DNA of 64,000 nucleotides from Lepidodermella squamata (GCA_047495785.1 JBLDXI010000023.1:930001-994000); one strand, 5' to 3'; counted from the stretch's first letter, positions 45,451 to 58,298 are shown. The notes: a model not told the origin generated them from the sequence alone. Translations and numbers: made by a program.

Positions 45451-48067
45451 ATGAGCAATCCAATGTTTATGTTTCCAATAATATGTTTCCTGTTAACTGC
45501 TGGCTTCGCAGCCGCGAAGATACCGATGTCAGCCCCTTTAGAGCCGAGGATATTCTCATCATCCTACAACCCGAACGATACAAGTCGGAAAGTGATAAGT
45601 ATCATGGCGTCGTTCAACTATGGAGGCTCGGTTCAACCCCTGGGGCCCATCTGCACCGAGGGGATCAGACTCGTTCTCGACAGCATTAAAAAAATGAACT
45701 TGCTACCTGGATATGAACTAGCCGTTGACTTTGTCGATGACTTGGTAGGCAATTTTTGACTATCCAATTGTTTAAGCGAATTTCGGCATTAGTTTTCTAG
45801 ACCGTTGGGAGTTGGCAGAATCATTTCTCAGCTTCAGATGAGCGACTCAGTTTCGGATCGACTGCCATTGACAGTGGGTCCGTCGAGCACTGCAAACTAT
45901 CACACTGGGCAAATCATTCGATATTTCAACTACGTCGGAATCGTACTGACATCAGTTCAAAGCGAGACTCAAACGATGAGATCGCGCTACGCCAATTTTT
46001 TCGTTACCCAACCGCAACTTATCGTCTGTTACAACAGCCTACACGAGTTTCTGAGTTCCATGAACTGGCGTAAGGTTGCGATATTATCCGAGGGTAGCGA
46101 TTACTTTGGCCAGATCGAAACACAATTTATCGCCGACTTTGAAAAGCGCAATGGCTCGAAGGTATTAGGCGTTTTCAAGATTCCATACCTACTCGGTACC
46201 TTAGCTGAGCCTCCATACATCGATCAAGCTGTTTCGGACTTGAAAAAAGTGAATCCCAGAATCATCATTCTAAACGCACTAAATCCGGCTCGAGCAGCGT
46301 GTTATCTACATCGATTTAAGCTTTTCGGACCAAATGTAGTCATTATTACCCTGCTAACTTCCGTTTTCGTACCTAATGACCCTTCCCGCTTTGATTGGTG
46401 TACAGAGAGTATGCTGGAGGAAGTGCTTGAAAGTGTATTTGCTTTCGGCTGTGCTAGCCAGATAGATTTGCGGCTGGACAGTGAAATAGATTCATTAGGC
46501 AATTCAGGAACCGATTTGGCCAACTGGTTGATGGCAAGAATAGAAAGGCCAGAAATCTCCCCGTTTTTCGCAACGAGGAGACATAACTGTTATGACAACA
46601 CAATGGTGGCAGCTTTTGTCTTGGACAGAACGGAGAATCTTCTGAGAATAAGTAAGATTTAATGACTGTTAACTGTTAACCCTGAATTTCTTTGCACAGA
46701 TAATCAAACTTTGTCGAATTGGGTTACCGGCGGCGATTTGTTCAGATCAAACGGCAGCTTGATTGTTAATACTCTAAAAGAAGCCCTCTACTCGGTTCGC
46801 CTCAAGTTGAAGATGGGCGACGCAGCTTTCGAAAGTAATACAACTTTGAACACGGGCGGTAGCCCGATACAGGGCTTAACCCAACTGAGAAGGGACCCAA
46901 TTACCAAAAAAATCCAACCATCCCCAATTTGTGTTTACTATTCGAAGACCCGAACCCTGAATTGCAGTCTGTCGCCCATTCTCTGGAGAACATCGAATGG
47001 GAAACCTCCTTTAGACACCGTGCAAGTTATGAAAACAATTTCCCCGCTCATCGAACTTCCCGCCTACATAGCGATCACTTGTGTCGCGGTATTGTTACTT
47101 GCGATATGCATATTTGTTTTTATATGGCATGAAAAAGTGCGCAAGAGAAATGCGAGAATTGCTAACTCCGTGCCCGAGCTGGGACGATTCATCCTGGTTG
47201 GGAACATCGTCCTCCTGGTTTCTGTAATGCTTCAACCCAAGGATTTTGACTCAGACTTTCAACCCCTAACGACTTTGGCTTTGGCAATGCTATTCCTCGG
47301 AATAACATGCCTTATTTTCGCTATGACCGGGAAGCTGGAGTTGGCATCTCTTGCTATGAAAAAAGCTGCTTTACTAATGGCGGCAAACGATCGCCGACAT
47401 TCAAAGCAAACAATTATTTCCTCTACAACTCCTGATAGCATTCCTGGATTTGGAAGCTTGAAGAAAGCCGTATGCGGAATTGGTACGGCTTCAATAACCT
47501 TGTTCTCGCTATTACTGCTAATCTGCTTTGTGGTATTGCCACCTGAGGTAATGGCAACAACTGGTGCTAGTGTTATCGATGATACCTATGAAATGGTCGT
47601 CGTAAAATATAGTCTAGCCCACGGGTCATCAATAATGTCAAAGTTTATCATTTCCGTGACTTGCTTCATCAACGGGGTCATGACTTTCAGAGGAATTTTT
47701 CTCGCGCATGCCCTGAGATCGGTAATTTTTTATTTTATTCAAAAAATTTGTAAAAAAATTCAATCCTTATTTCTGATTTCAGAAAACAATTGTGCATATC
47801 ACGGATTTAAAGGCAAACGCAGCTTGCTTCTATGGGACCATCATGCTTCTGGGTTGTGGAGGCATCATTGCTGGTGCAATTTTCGACGAAACCTCCCATC
47901 AGCGTATAGCCTTGACAGCTATGATATTTGCCTGCATCACATTAAATCTAGCCATGCTTTTCTTCCCCAAAATGCGAAAATTACAGCCCTTGGAATCGCG
48001 GCCGTCTCGCGCAAGAACAAGCTTACGAAGCCTTCACCGAAGAATAAACACTATATCTGCGTTTTAA
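45451..48067 (+). CDS. Divergent class C GPCR, GABA-B-like architecture (4 exons, ~819 aa)
   Basis: Exons 45451-45744, 45793-46651, 46700-47721, 47783-48067; signal peptide; Venus-flytrap hallmarks (LLPGYEL..DD, NWRKVAIL, RIIIL); W...GKPPLD linker with no cysteine-rich domain; 7 TM ending LFFPK. Confidence 0.85.
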
Positions 48068-48939
48068 CTCAGCCCCGCCTACTGTTCGACTCGGCTGTTC
48101 TTTTTGTTTACATCATTATTGCAAACTTGTTCTTGCTGTTTTTTTACTCTAGATTTTAATTAGAATTATTTTTTATCATTATTGTGATAATTTATGACAT
48201 TCAGTAAAAAAGAGGCATTGTAGTGGCTATAAGTCTATTAAGCGCGTCCTGCTAATCTCTTGGAGCAGGAGCGATGAGCAATTTCGGCACAAAGCAGGGG
48301 TCCAATAGCGCCAGAGGCTTTTATTTGATGTTGTAGACTTGAGATGCCCCTGAGAGCAACGACATTCATCTATTGACCATCATTTCATCTATTGATATCG
48401 TTGTCTGTTGTCTTGGAGCGTCGTAAATAGGGCTTTTGTGAAGATCAATAAAACATTCATTAGCAGTGATTCAGTTGCTCGGCAAAACCGACCTAGAATG
48501 ATTCGTTGCGTTGTTTTAGATTGGTGGTACTTTGACTCCAAGACTTCAAGACCAGAGTTAATAATTTCATTTGATTTGATTTAGGCCAATTTTGAAGATT
48601 TGATTTACTGATGATTTGATATAAGAAATTTCAGGATGATTCGATTTGATTTTGATTTAGCCCACTTGATTTACTGCGGATAAAGAGAAATCAGAACTCC
48701 TGTTCAGATTTCCCCCTGTTACTAAACATTAGAACTCACATTTGCCTTGAAAACACCTGTTTACTAAAGCCAAGCTTAAAATTAATCGTATCCCGAAGGC
48801 CAAGGTGGAAAACCCGAAAAGGTCCACAGGGGGACTCTTTTGTCATAAAATTCCTACCTCAAAATACCCTCTAGTTCGAGTATCCCACTTCGCGCACTGA
48901 ACTCATCATATATTTAAGATTTTTCGCCTTTACAAAAAA

Positions 48940-50864
48940 ATGAAAATCATCATCGTCTCCGTATTGGTCGCAAGTTCAATTTTTGGCGTAGCAGTATGGA
49001 AATATGTTACACTACCTGACCCCTCACTTGCAGCCTCTTGCTTTTTTAGTGGAGCGCCAGTAACTAGCTTGGGCCTGGAGGTAATTTAATATAAACTATT
49101 CCTGGTAATGACGTAAGATTGTCATTTGATTCAGCATCATTCTCCTTTTAATATCGACGTTACGTTCGGTACACCCGGACAAACATTCCCTTTGATGGTC
49201 GATTCTGGCTCGAGGCCTCTTCAAGTCGCTGGTCTACCTTTCGCGCGAGCTCTCTACAACAGAATCGGCGGATTCGACGTGTCGAAATCTATAACATGGA
49301 CGAATGCAAGTAGAATCTTCCCTCCGAGTCGGCTCACATACGGAAGCGCTACTCTAGCCTGCACTTTCGGCTACGACACCGTTTCCATTGGAAATATCAA
49401 CATTAATAGAACTGTTTTTGCGATAACTTACGAGTCTTTGTCTGGAAACGGGCCTAGAGGCCACAGCGGGGTATTAGGGTTGGGTTGGCAGAACCACACT
49501 CAGCCTTGTAGCGTCAAGTCACGATATTGCATCATACCCGCCATTATGTCTGCGGCCTTAGCGGAAAAGAAACTGCCGATTTGGACCATCTATCTAACAG
49601 CAGCTTCAGGATTCACCAAGGGTTCGTTGAACATCGGTACTATCGATCGAACCCAATTCACTGGCAGCTTCGCCTATTCCAAGGTCACGCCTTTCGGCAT
49701 TTTTTATGCCAAGTGGAATGTTTATCTGGACCACATTTCGGTGAGGAAAAGAAATATAATATAACTTCGATGAACTTTTATTTCCGCTGAATTTTATTAT
49801 TCATTATTGCTTTCCAATTTAGAAATGCGACCTGCACAGTGTGCGAAGTCTGATCCGGGAGCTTGTTTTCTACTTGTTTTCTAAGACCCAGCCGAAGAAA
49901 CCGAAGAGCCTTTGGGCCTTCCTCTGGTTGGGGGACCAGAGCCTTGGGGTCCCCGAGCTGGGGTGTCGCGACACCCCAACACCCCTGTGCTTCGCACCCT
50001 GGACCTGCAGCATCCCGCGGTTAGTCCACGTAATGCGAAATAAAAGTGCGGGATAGCCAGAGAGCGGATAATGAGAGTAAAACTGGTAAAGACACGGAAA
50101 ATCGGCATGTGTGCCATCCTACTTTGGTCCTTGATAAGGTTGGCTGTGTGGACTGATTGAACTGGTAGGGATGATCCCTACATTCTCTAGCGGTACTTCG
50201 CTTTCTGGGGTAGCCAGTATCAAGAATAAGCATTTATCCTCTATCAAACTTGAACGCGATTTGATATGAGAGTGCGGGATGTGCTGGAAAACTTTCATTT
50301 TCCTCCGATGTAGATTTACTTTTCCGTATTTTTGCCTAAATTATTTAGAGAGGATTTCACCTTACTATACTACAATTACAGGTGAATGGTAAAGCTATTG
50401 CTTGCCAGCGCGGAGCTTGCAGCCTTCTTCCTGATACTGGAACAACCGGGGCTGTCATCCTACCTTCCACGGAAGTCGCCAATTCAATCGCCAAAGGTCT
50501 CGGCGCTACTCAACAGTGCACGGAAGCAAGCTGCAGGGACACCAAGGACAAGTGGAACGGCGCGAACTGGGGTTGGCCCTGTGCTGCTAACCTCACGAAA
50601 ACTCTGCCGACCCTCCTCTTCGACGTAAAGGGCGGTAGTGTCACTGTTCCTCCTGCAGTTTATCTTGGCCGTAAGCAGATGCATAAAAGGAGTGGTTGGT
50701 GTTCTTTGGGCTCACCAGATGGCATCTTTAAGGTTAGAAAACAATCCAACAATCAGATTGTTCTGGGCAAGCCAGTCGTCCAGCGCTACTACAACGTCTT
50801 CGATGTTGGAAATTCTCGCTGGGGCTTCGCGCCTGTTGTTGGTCTTCCAGCCGACTTCGCTTGA
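48940..50864 (+). CDS. Pepsin-family aspartic protease, copy 3
   Basis: ATG 48940; 48940-49080 (60-nt intron 48974-49033 either spliced or read through in frame), 49135-49740, 50382-50864; DSGS and DTGT intact. Confidence 0.88.
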
Positions 50865-51050
50865 GAAGAAGCCCTGTCACAAGACTGGCACAAGACTGGC
50901 AATATAAAAGTGAGGTGCGAGTTTCTGACATGATTTGATAAATGATATATGAGTTGAGCTGAAAAGAGACGGTGTTAGAATTTGTTTCTTTTGCAGAGAT
51001 CAATATAATATTAATAATAATGATAATAACATTGGTTCCTAGTCGTTCTG

Positions 51051-51275
51051 AATCTAGCCATGCTTTTCTTTTCCAAAATGATTTCGCGCAAGAACAAGCT
51101 TATGAAGCCTTCATCGAAGAATAAACACTATTATCTGCGTTTTAACTCGCATAATCTACCTACATTGGGCCTCGTTTTGTACTTGACCGAGACTTTTCCA
51201 CTGGTTGGTATTTTTGTAACGTTGTTCTTTGTTCTTACTGTTTATTTCTCTAGAACTTTTCCTTAGAACTATTTG
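51051..51275 (+). pseudogene. 3' remnant (TM7 end, C-tail, 3'UTR) of a duplicate of the class C GPCR at 45451-48067
   Basis: aatctagccatgcttttctt...tcgcgcaagaacaagctta..gaagaataaacacta matches 47945-48160 with deletions. Confidence 0.8.
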
Positions 51276-52479
51276 TTATAATTTTACGATTATTTCCAAT
51301 TTTCAAGCTCAAACTTTTTTAATACGTAGCAACATTTTACACAAGTCAAGTTTTGAAACTTGATCGGGTCAAGAAGTGAAATGTATGCATGCGTGTTTTC
51401 TCATTTGCATATGCACAGCGTCCTCGCGGCCACAAAATCATGAAATTTCAAGATGTCTGTAATAATCAATTTTGGAGACTCGTGACTAGCGCGCCTTCCA
51501 TGACATTATAATATGCTATAATAGAGCTCTAAACTTTCGTTTTTCGCGATTGCCAATTACAGCTCATTATAGAGGTGCAATAAGCAATAGCTTTATGAGC
51601 TATTATTTGTCAGCTAAAAATCGCTGAAATTCTCTCAATTATAGCCTTTCAGTAATGTTTTTTTTTCGCTAGGGTCACTACTTCAGTCTTTTGCGCATAC
51701 ACTACATGCTTGATTAAAAAATGATGCTGTGACGTTTCGGAGTTAATGCCTCCCTCGAATAATTGCCGATTTTTCACTATATTTCGGGAATATTTCGGGA
51801 GTCGGGAAAAAACAACAGCCATTGCTATTATTCGATAAAATACGGTTGGCAATTGCCTTCGGGTCCGAAAAAAATGTTGGCAACTCAAATGGAAAACCAC
51901 CCTCACCATCAAGTGCCCCCAACGAGGCCCCCGATCAGAGCAATCCAATTTACGCATAAAAACCAGCTTGCTACTAGCGATTAGCAGTATATCAACTGGA
52001 AATTGTGACTTCTTTTCCATTGTTGTGTGACATCACGATTAATATAGCGACAGTCTTTCATAGAGACCAATTGGTCCAACTTAGAGATTTGATTTAGTCG
52101 AGATAGTGAAAAACCACACTTTTATAGAGACAAAATTGGATAGAGACGCCAGAAATAACATAGAGACGAATCGATCCGCGATAGTGACAAAGTGATCTTA
52201 CATAGTGACAAAAACATTTCGAGCCCTTTAAAACCTTTTAAAATTTACAATATTTTTCATTCTCTTTTCTGGTCTAGCCGAGCAGGGAGGGTAGATACCC
52301 CTCCCCATAGAACGATCACAAAGTTAGGCCTGAGGCGCTTATGTTGCTTTGAAAATTTTTAACGTCGACATTCTCCGGAGAACAGAGCGACGCTGGTCTA
52401 TTCCATAACGCATGATGAGTTTGCACTAACGCGGTTAGTTGGTAGTGGCTATATTGTATATTGCAACATTCGAATTAAC

Positions 52480-54938
52480 TTAGATTGCTGAATCTAGCCT
52501 TTCGACTTTCACTGTAACTGGTAGCAGCATAACGAAACCCATTAGCCCGGAATAGACAAGCTCAATGAAAGCTAATACTGCGTTGAACACGCACGGCTTG
52601 TTGTAATTCGTAACTAAAACAAGCACAACAACACCGGCAGCTAGCATAGTCAGTGCATTAACGGCAGCCGATCTGATTAGCTTGCAACTTAGAGCGAATT
52701 CATTAGGCATGGTGCGACGCCTAAGATCAAGCGAGAACATATTCGCTAGTAATAAAAGTCCGAAATTGAACGTGAGAATAGCCCCGAGCCAGTAGCTTAT
52801 ATTCTCCGAAGTACAAAGCATGACGTCCAGCTCAAAATAAGTGTCTGCCGCATCATCAAACGCCACCGGGTTCCGATAAGAGAATATTCGCATCGGCTCC
52901 TTGATGATCCAGAGGAGCAAGACGATGGCATTCACAGCCAGAGCTGCGCTTAGACCTTGCGACATTTGCAACTCGTTCTCTGTCACTTACGAGTATAGAA
53001 ACAAGTCTTTGAACGACGAGTCCTTTCATCTCGTAAGACAAATCACTAGGTCCTACTCTCGAAGAGCATTTCAACTTCGCGAGCTGGTTAACATAACGAA
53101 TAGCTCGATTATGGACTTGATAGGTTCTCACACGAACAAACTTGCTATATACAAGGATTTGGCTGAAAATCAAACTGTGAAAAATGCTCAAGCTTATTGA
53201 TATCAAAAGTATCCTCCATCTGCACTCCGTTGCCGGGGCGTAATCATGCCCTATGACTAAGAAAATCGCCGATGCGTTCAGGCCCAAGCAGGCGATGAAA
53301 ACAAAGCTCTTCTTCCAATTGACGTAGAACATCTCAGGTTTTCCTCGGGTTGCTGCTAAGAGAAGTAGGATCTGGATCAAAGTCAAAGAGACCGCTAAAG
53401 ATGTTACGATGCCGCGCAAAATAGCGCCGCAAGATCCAATTCGTATCTCGATGTTAGTCAGATCTCTCGGAGGCAGTCCAGTGTTCGTTGCCCAGATGGG
53501 TCCATTATCGGTTTGAAACAGAAAGTAAAGCTTCTCATAGTCATACGTTAGATGGGCAACTTGCCGCGACTGCAACTTGTAGGCTTGAATTATTGGAATA
53601 TCTTGATACATCTCTCCATTGATGTCTCTCTTGATTCTAGGATTTCGAAATCCTACTGCTTCGAGCTCCGCGGTACTTTTTCGGACTACCTCATATATTA
53701 CGCGCTTGTACATCGGATCTTTAAAGTCCGTCAGTGAAAGATTGTAATCCTGGTTTAACGTCGCTTCAGTTTTGTTCAGAACGAGCAGCGTAAACATATT
53801 TGCGTCATGTTCACCGTAACGATCGAGACCTGATGCCGAAGTGTAACCCAACTCGCGGCGTTTCCTGTTCACCAAATTTTCGTATTCGGAAGGGCTCATC
53901 CCGAGACTGGATTGTTTCGGAATATCGGAAGCCACGAGTGGAATGCCAATGGCGAACATCGCTGATAGCTGAATATCTACAATTTCTCTAGAGCAGTTAT
54001 CTGAAATGTATTGATCTCGCGGTAAGTTCCATGTCAAGCATGCTGAAAGCGAGACAATGAAATGGTACAATGGCGGTCTCATACCATTGTTATAGGCCTT
54101 GCATAGAAATATCTGGCATTCCCAAGCTCCGGATGGGAATATTAAGATAATTCTTACGTTTTGTAAAGGCTGGAGATCAGAGTCTTCCAAATCATCAAAC
54201 CACGAAGCTCGAACGATTTCTGTGACGACAATGTTGTTCGCTGTCAGTAGCTTGAAGGTCTCATCGGCCAGCATTGAAACGTCCCTGAAAAACCAGGTGT
54301 ATGCCATGCCGAGGCGTTTCCAATTGCCAATCCGTTTGATGCAGTCGAGAATCGCGTATTTATTCGCGCTAACCGTTCCTAAGATTGTATATAGGTTGTT
54401 GTAGAACTTCGATCTTCGAGATTCGATAAAAGGACCAGCGCAGCTTTCCGAAATCTGATTTTTTCGAAGGGACGGAATGGGTACAAAAAATCTGAAAATT
54501 TCTGAGATAAATCCTAATTTTATAGCGATAGGTTAAAGGTAGAAAATTCGAGTGCGAATAAAAAGCCTTCGGATCTCGAAAAAAAACAAAAGAAATTACC
54601 ATGACCATGCTAATTGCGCGGAACGTCCCAGCAGAATTGTCGCAACCTGCCGCTGGGCCTGTTACTATGGGTGATAGGTGAGTGTCGTTTGGCAGATCCA
54701 TCTCCGAGAACAGTCTTGCGTATATGTTTAGATTGCCTGCTGTCATTGGATAAGGAAGAATTTCGAAATTCGCTAAAATAACACCAGACTTGTTGACGTA
54801 TTCTATCAGGGCAGCAGGACTGGCGTCTGGTATCCCGGGCTTCAGTGTGATTCCTGGCCACATTAGTCTCGGCTTCGCTGCATAGGTTAATCGCAAAAAA
54901 GTTATCGCCAATACAAAATTGCCGAAATATTTGCACAT
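52480..54938 (-). CDS. Second divergent GABA-B-like class C GPCR; frame break near 52950-53100 unresolved
   Basis: Signal peptide; exon 54938-54600 splices to 54454 (MVM|ISESCAGPFIESRRSKFYNNL); NWKRLG, RIILI, W...GLPPRD, TM1-3; TM4-7 (WIIKEP, CTS, LLP) lie in another frame. Intron or frameshift not decidable. Confidence 0.75.
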
Positions 54939-56013
54939 GTTAGCGGGAAAAATCTCTAACTGAGAACTTTCAATAATTATAAGACACGTATCAAATCTGA
55001 ATGAGCTGGTTTGAACGTGACCTGAGTCTCAAAATCGAAACTTTCACGTGAACCGACATCAAGCAGGCAGCAGCACTGTGAACTCAACACAACGCAAAAT
55101 CTGCCTAATTTAAGGAGCGTTGATGTGTCTTGCCGTTTTCGATGCGTGTTGCACGCTCTTGGGTTTCCAAACTTGTTTGTAGCCTCGAATCTTGCTGATA
55201 TATTAGATAAGGTAGAGAGCTAGTTGAGTTGACCGAATTAACGAACCCGCAACCGTATAGTTTCCCGTTCACAGATGCTCACTGGTGGTGATCTGATTCC
55301 ATCTTGTTCAAAGAATTGCGACGGAACCAAGAATTGCTCTGATTTTTTAATGTGAAATTAGCATAGCATGTCCTTTATTTTATCTTTTCCTTCATTAATT
55401 GATCAACAATGACGGCAATATCAATTGAGTACAAGTACAGAGACGAAGAGAAAATGGGAAGGAAAAAAGATAAAAGAAACATCACTCCGGTGTACCCGAT
55501 TCGCCGGGCGCGATGTGAATTGTGTTCACGCCAAGCGAACCGAGTGTCGGTGAAGGACCGGTAGCAAGCTACCTATCCTTATCACCCAACACTTTATAAC
55601 ACTTCCCAAATATATAAATTCATCAACTACAATGTACCGCCAGTAGATAGAGAAGGGTAAGTTCTTTTGTAAGTTCATGAATTAATTTTTTGGAACAATT
55701 TTCAAGCCCAAGTGTCCACACGCCTCATCAAAAATATCTAAAATAAATTGCATTTTCTCCCACTCTTGCAATAATAAAGCAGCATCATCTGAGATTGCTA
55801 GTAACATTAGCCACTCATCGTCAGTAAGGGGATTACCTGTTTTCCGTAATTTTACTTACTTGAAGACTAAATTAAATACAGCTATAAATAGCAAGGGCGA
55901 CAAAGTAATTGTTATATTTCTGATTTATTAATTTGAAATCGATAAAATAAAATTTGAATAAAAAAATATTCATAACCAAGTAGCTTCAGAGAATTCAGTT
56001 TAATACCACCTCT

Positions 56014-57438
56014 TCAATTTTTCCATCCTGGCCAGCCTCCGATACTGGGACTGGACCCTAGCGGAATCGCCGGCGTAGTTCCAACACTAGTGGTAGTGGT
56101 AGTAGTTGTTGTAGTAGAACTAGTAGTTCCGACACTAGTCGTTGTTGAGGCAGAGGTCGTCAAATAGAACGGCATCGGTTTAGCTGTGACAGCTCCAGCA
56201 GCTCTTAGAGCGGCTATAGCCCCAGTGTTGCCGTATATCAGCGCCAAGTCAAGTGGAGAAAAGCCTTCGTCATTTAGCGCATTATAATCAGCTCCAGCTT
56301 CAATCAACTCGGTCAAATCACTTGAGATTTCTCGGGCTGAGAGGATGTGCAGAAGAGTATCTCCCCTGCGAAGTTTTCGATTGATATCGTACCCCTTCTG
56401 AACCAGAAGCTTGGCAAAACCGTTGAAATCGTAGTATTTCCAAATAATGGTCAGACACGTGTCGTTGTTCTTGTTCTGAGAATTCACGTCCACTCCAGTG
56501 AAATTTGCAAATCGTCTGACCCGATAGAGAGAAATGTCGGAATTCTTACAAGTCAACAAAAAGGCGCTATTCCCATCATTGTCAACAGCTGACAAATCCG
56601 CACCCGAATCCACGAGAAGATTGACTACACTTTCCGCGTACTCATTAGCTGCCGTAATTAGTGGAGTCTTACCAGTCGATTCTCGATCCTCTAAGCCAAT
56701 GCCAGGAGTTGCGATTAATAATCTTGCCAGATCAACGTCACGTCCACGTGCAGCTAGATGTAGCAATGAATAATTTGCGTATCCGTAAGAGGTTGAATTA
56801 ATCCTGATTTTAACATCGGCCCCTTTCGATATCAAATATTCATAGACTTGAACACGATCTGGCGACTTCAAGTACATGGCTGCGACTGCAAGTGGAGTCC
56901 TGCCTTCGGTATCCTTGTCCGAAACAGAATTCCCAGCCTCCTCAATAGCGAATTTCACCACAGGGAGAGCAGGCATCTTGGAAATCCGACAGGCCTCTAG
57001 AAGGATTTGATCCACGTTTTTGGAAGCTCCTTGCGAAACGAGAAATTTAACGATTTCAAGATTCGTTGCCGTTGCGTCAAGAATCGCCGTTCTTCCGTTC
57101 GCTTCCAAATCGACATCTGCACCGAATTGCACGAGCAATTTAACCAAATCAAGGCGACCTTGTTCAGCTGCAAGCATTAGAGCAGATTTCTTGAATTTCG
57201 GGTGAATCGCATTGGCATCGCCGTCATTTTCGAGTAGAATCTGAAGCATTTCCAGCGAAGCATTAGGAACACTCAAAGCAGCAGCCACCACTGGGATCGG
57301 TTGAAAGTAAGTCAAGGTCTGGCAATCTACATAGTCATCGTGTTGTTCTATTACAAGAGCGTCCCCGCGAGCTTGATTGAGTCGAATCATCTCGCGAACA
57401 GCAGTAGCATTCCCAGCTTTGACTTTTCCAGCGAATTC
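56014..57438 (-). CDS. Ankyrin-repeat protein type B with Thr-rich tail (main exon)
   Basis: Acceptor cattag|57438 EFAGKVKAGNAT; many ANK repeats; C-terminal TTSASTTTSVGTTSSTTTTTTTT; candidate upstream exon ~57810-57717 (VLLHFLPCANCYDNQ..LQL|gtaggc) abuts a MITE. Confidence 0.85.
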   Translation of the reverse strand, partial: EFAGKVKAGNATAVREMIRLNQARGDALVIEQHDDYVDCQTLTYFQPIPVVAAALSVPNASLEMLQILLENDGDANAIHPKFKKSALMLAAEQGRLDLVKLLVQFGADVDLEANGRTAILDATATNLEIVKFLVSQGASKNVDQILLEACRISKMPALPVVKFAIEEAGNSVSDKDTEGRTPLAVAAMYLKSPDRVQVYEYLISKGADVKIRINSTSYGYANYSLLHLAARGRDVDLARLLIATPGIGLEDRESTGKTPLITAANEYAESVVNLLVDSGADLSAVDNDGNSAFLLTCKNSDISLYRVRRFANFTGVDVNSQNKNNDTCLTIIWKYYDFNGFAKLLVQKGYDINRKLRRGDTLLHILSAREISSDLTELIEAGADYNALNDEGFSPLDLALIYGNTGAIAALRAAGAVTAKPMPFYLTTSASTTTSVGTTSSTTTTTTTTTSVGTTPAIPLGSSPSIGGWPGWKN

Positions 57439-57810
57439 CTAATGATATCACATAGAGAAAAAAATGATCAGAGTGGGCACTCAAGCTAAAATTTCAGAAT
57501 CTTAATTTATAGCTGCTACTGCTGCAAATTGCGTAACAGATGTTGCGCACTACGCCAGTGTATTTAAATTATTTCACATTTTTCCAGATTTTCTTTCCAG
57601 ATTTATTCCAGGAAGAATTAATGCCCCTTAGTACTTTTAAATTTGCTTCGGAATGTTAGCAAATAATGGCTTTTACCAGATCGTAGTCAGTACTACTAGC
57701 AAAACTAGCAGCCTACCAATTGGAGAGCCCTCCAATACGCGTAGCCATACGAAATGAGCGTTTGATTGTCGTAACAGTTGGCGCAGGGCAAGAAATGAAG
57801 CAAGACATGA

Positions 57811-58100
57811 CATTGTGGAACCGCTGGTAAGTTGAACTTTGGCGCGCACGCTGATTGGTCAATTTATCGTTGCTAATGACTCCGGAATGAAACAATTTAG
57901 TCGTGCGATCCACTAATAAATTATTTTATATTTATGCAAAAAATGACCTTGCCACTTGCCACACCCTCTGCCCGGTTTCCATTGACCACGAGCGTAAACT
58001 CCATATTAATGGTGGTAAATTGCTGCGGCAAAAAACACTTGTTGCCAAAAATCTTATGGATCGCATAGGCCAACAAGTTTCATCCGGGAGTCATAGCAAT
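57811..58100. mobile_element. MITE family A, second copy (right TIR truncated)
   Basis: Homologous to 2582-2883 along its length. Confidence 0.8.
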
Positions 58101-58104
58101 GTTT

Positions 58105-58298
58105 ATATCGTTAGCATCGTTGAATAACTCGGATTCAGGCTTGTTTACATCAATTTCAAGGTTATAGGTGACAAGTAAAAAGCGGCTTTTTACCATGAAC
58201 GAAGAGTCAAAAACAAAAGGCTTTTTACTTTTCATCTATCACCTTGAAATTGATGTGGACAAGCCTAAATTCGAGTTATTCAACGACGCTAACGATAT
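58105..58298. mobile_element. Palindromic MITE family B
   Basis: TIR ATATCGTTAGC(A/G)TCGTTGAATAACTCG..AGGCTTGT; partial copy at ~15163-15204. Confidence 0.75.

Noticed and set aside
48568-48675. TTGATT-rich tract
   Set aside because: Low-complexity degenerate microsatellite with no further structure.
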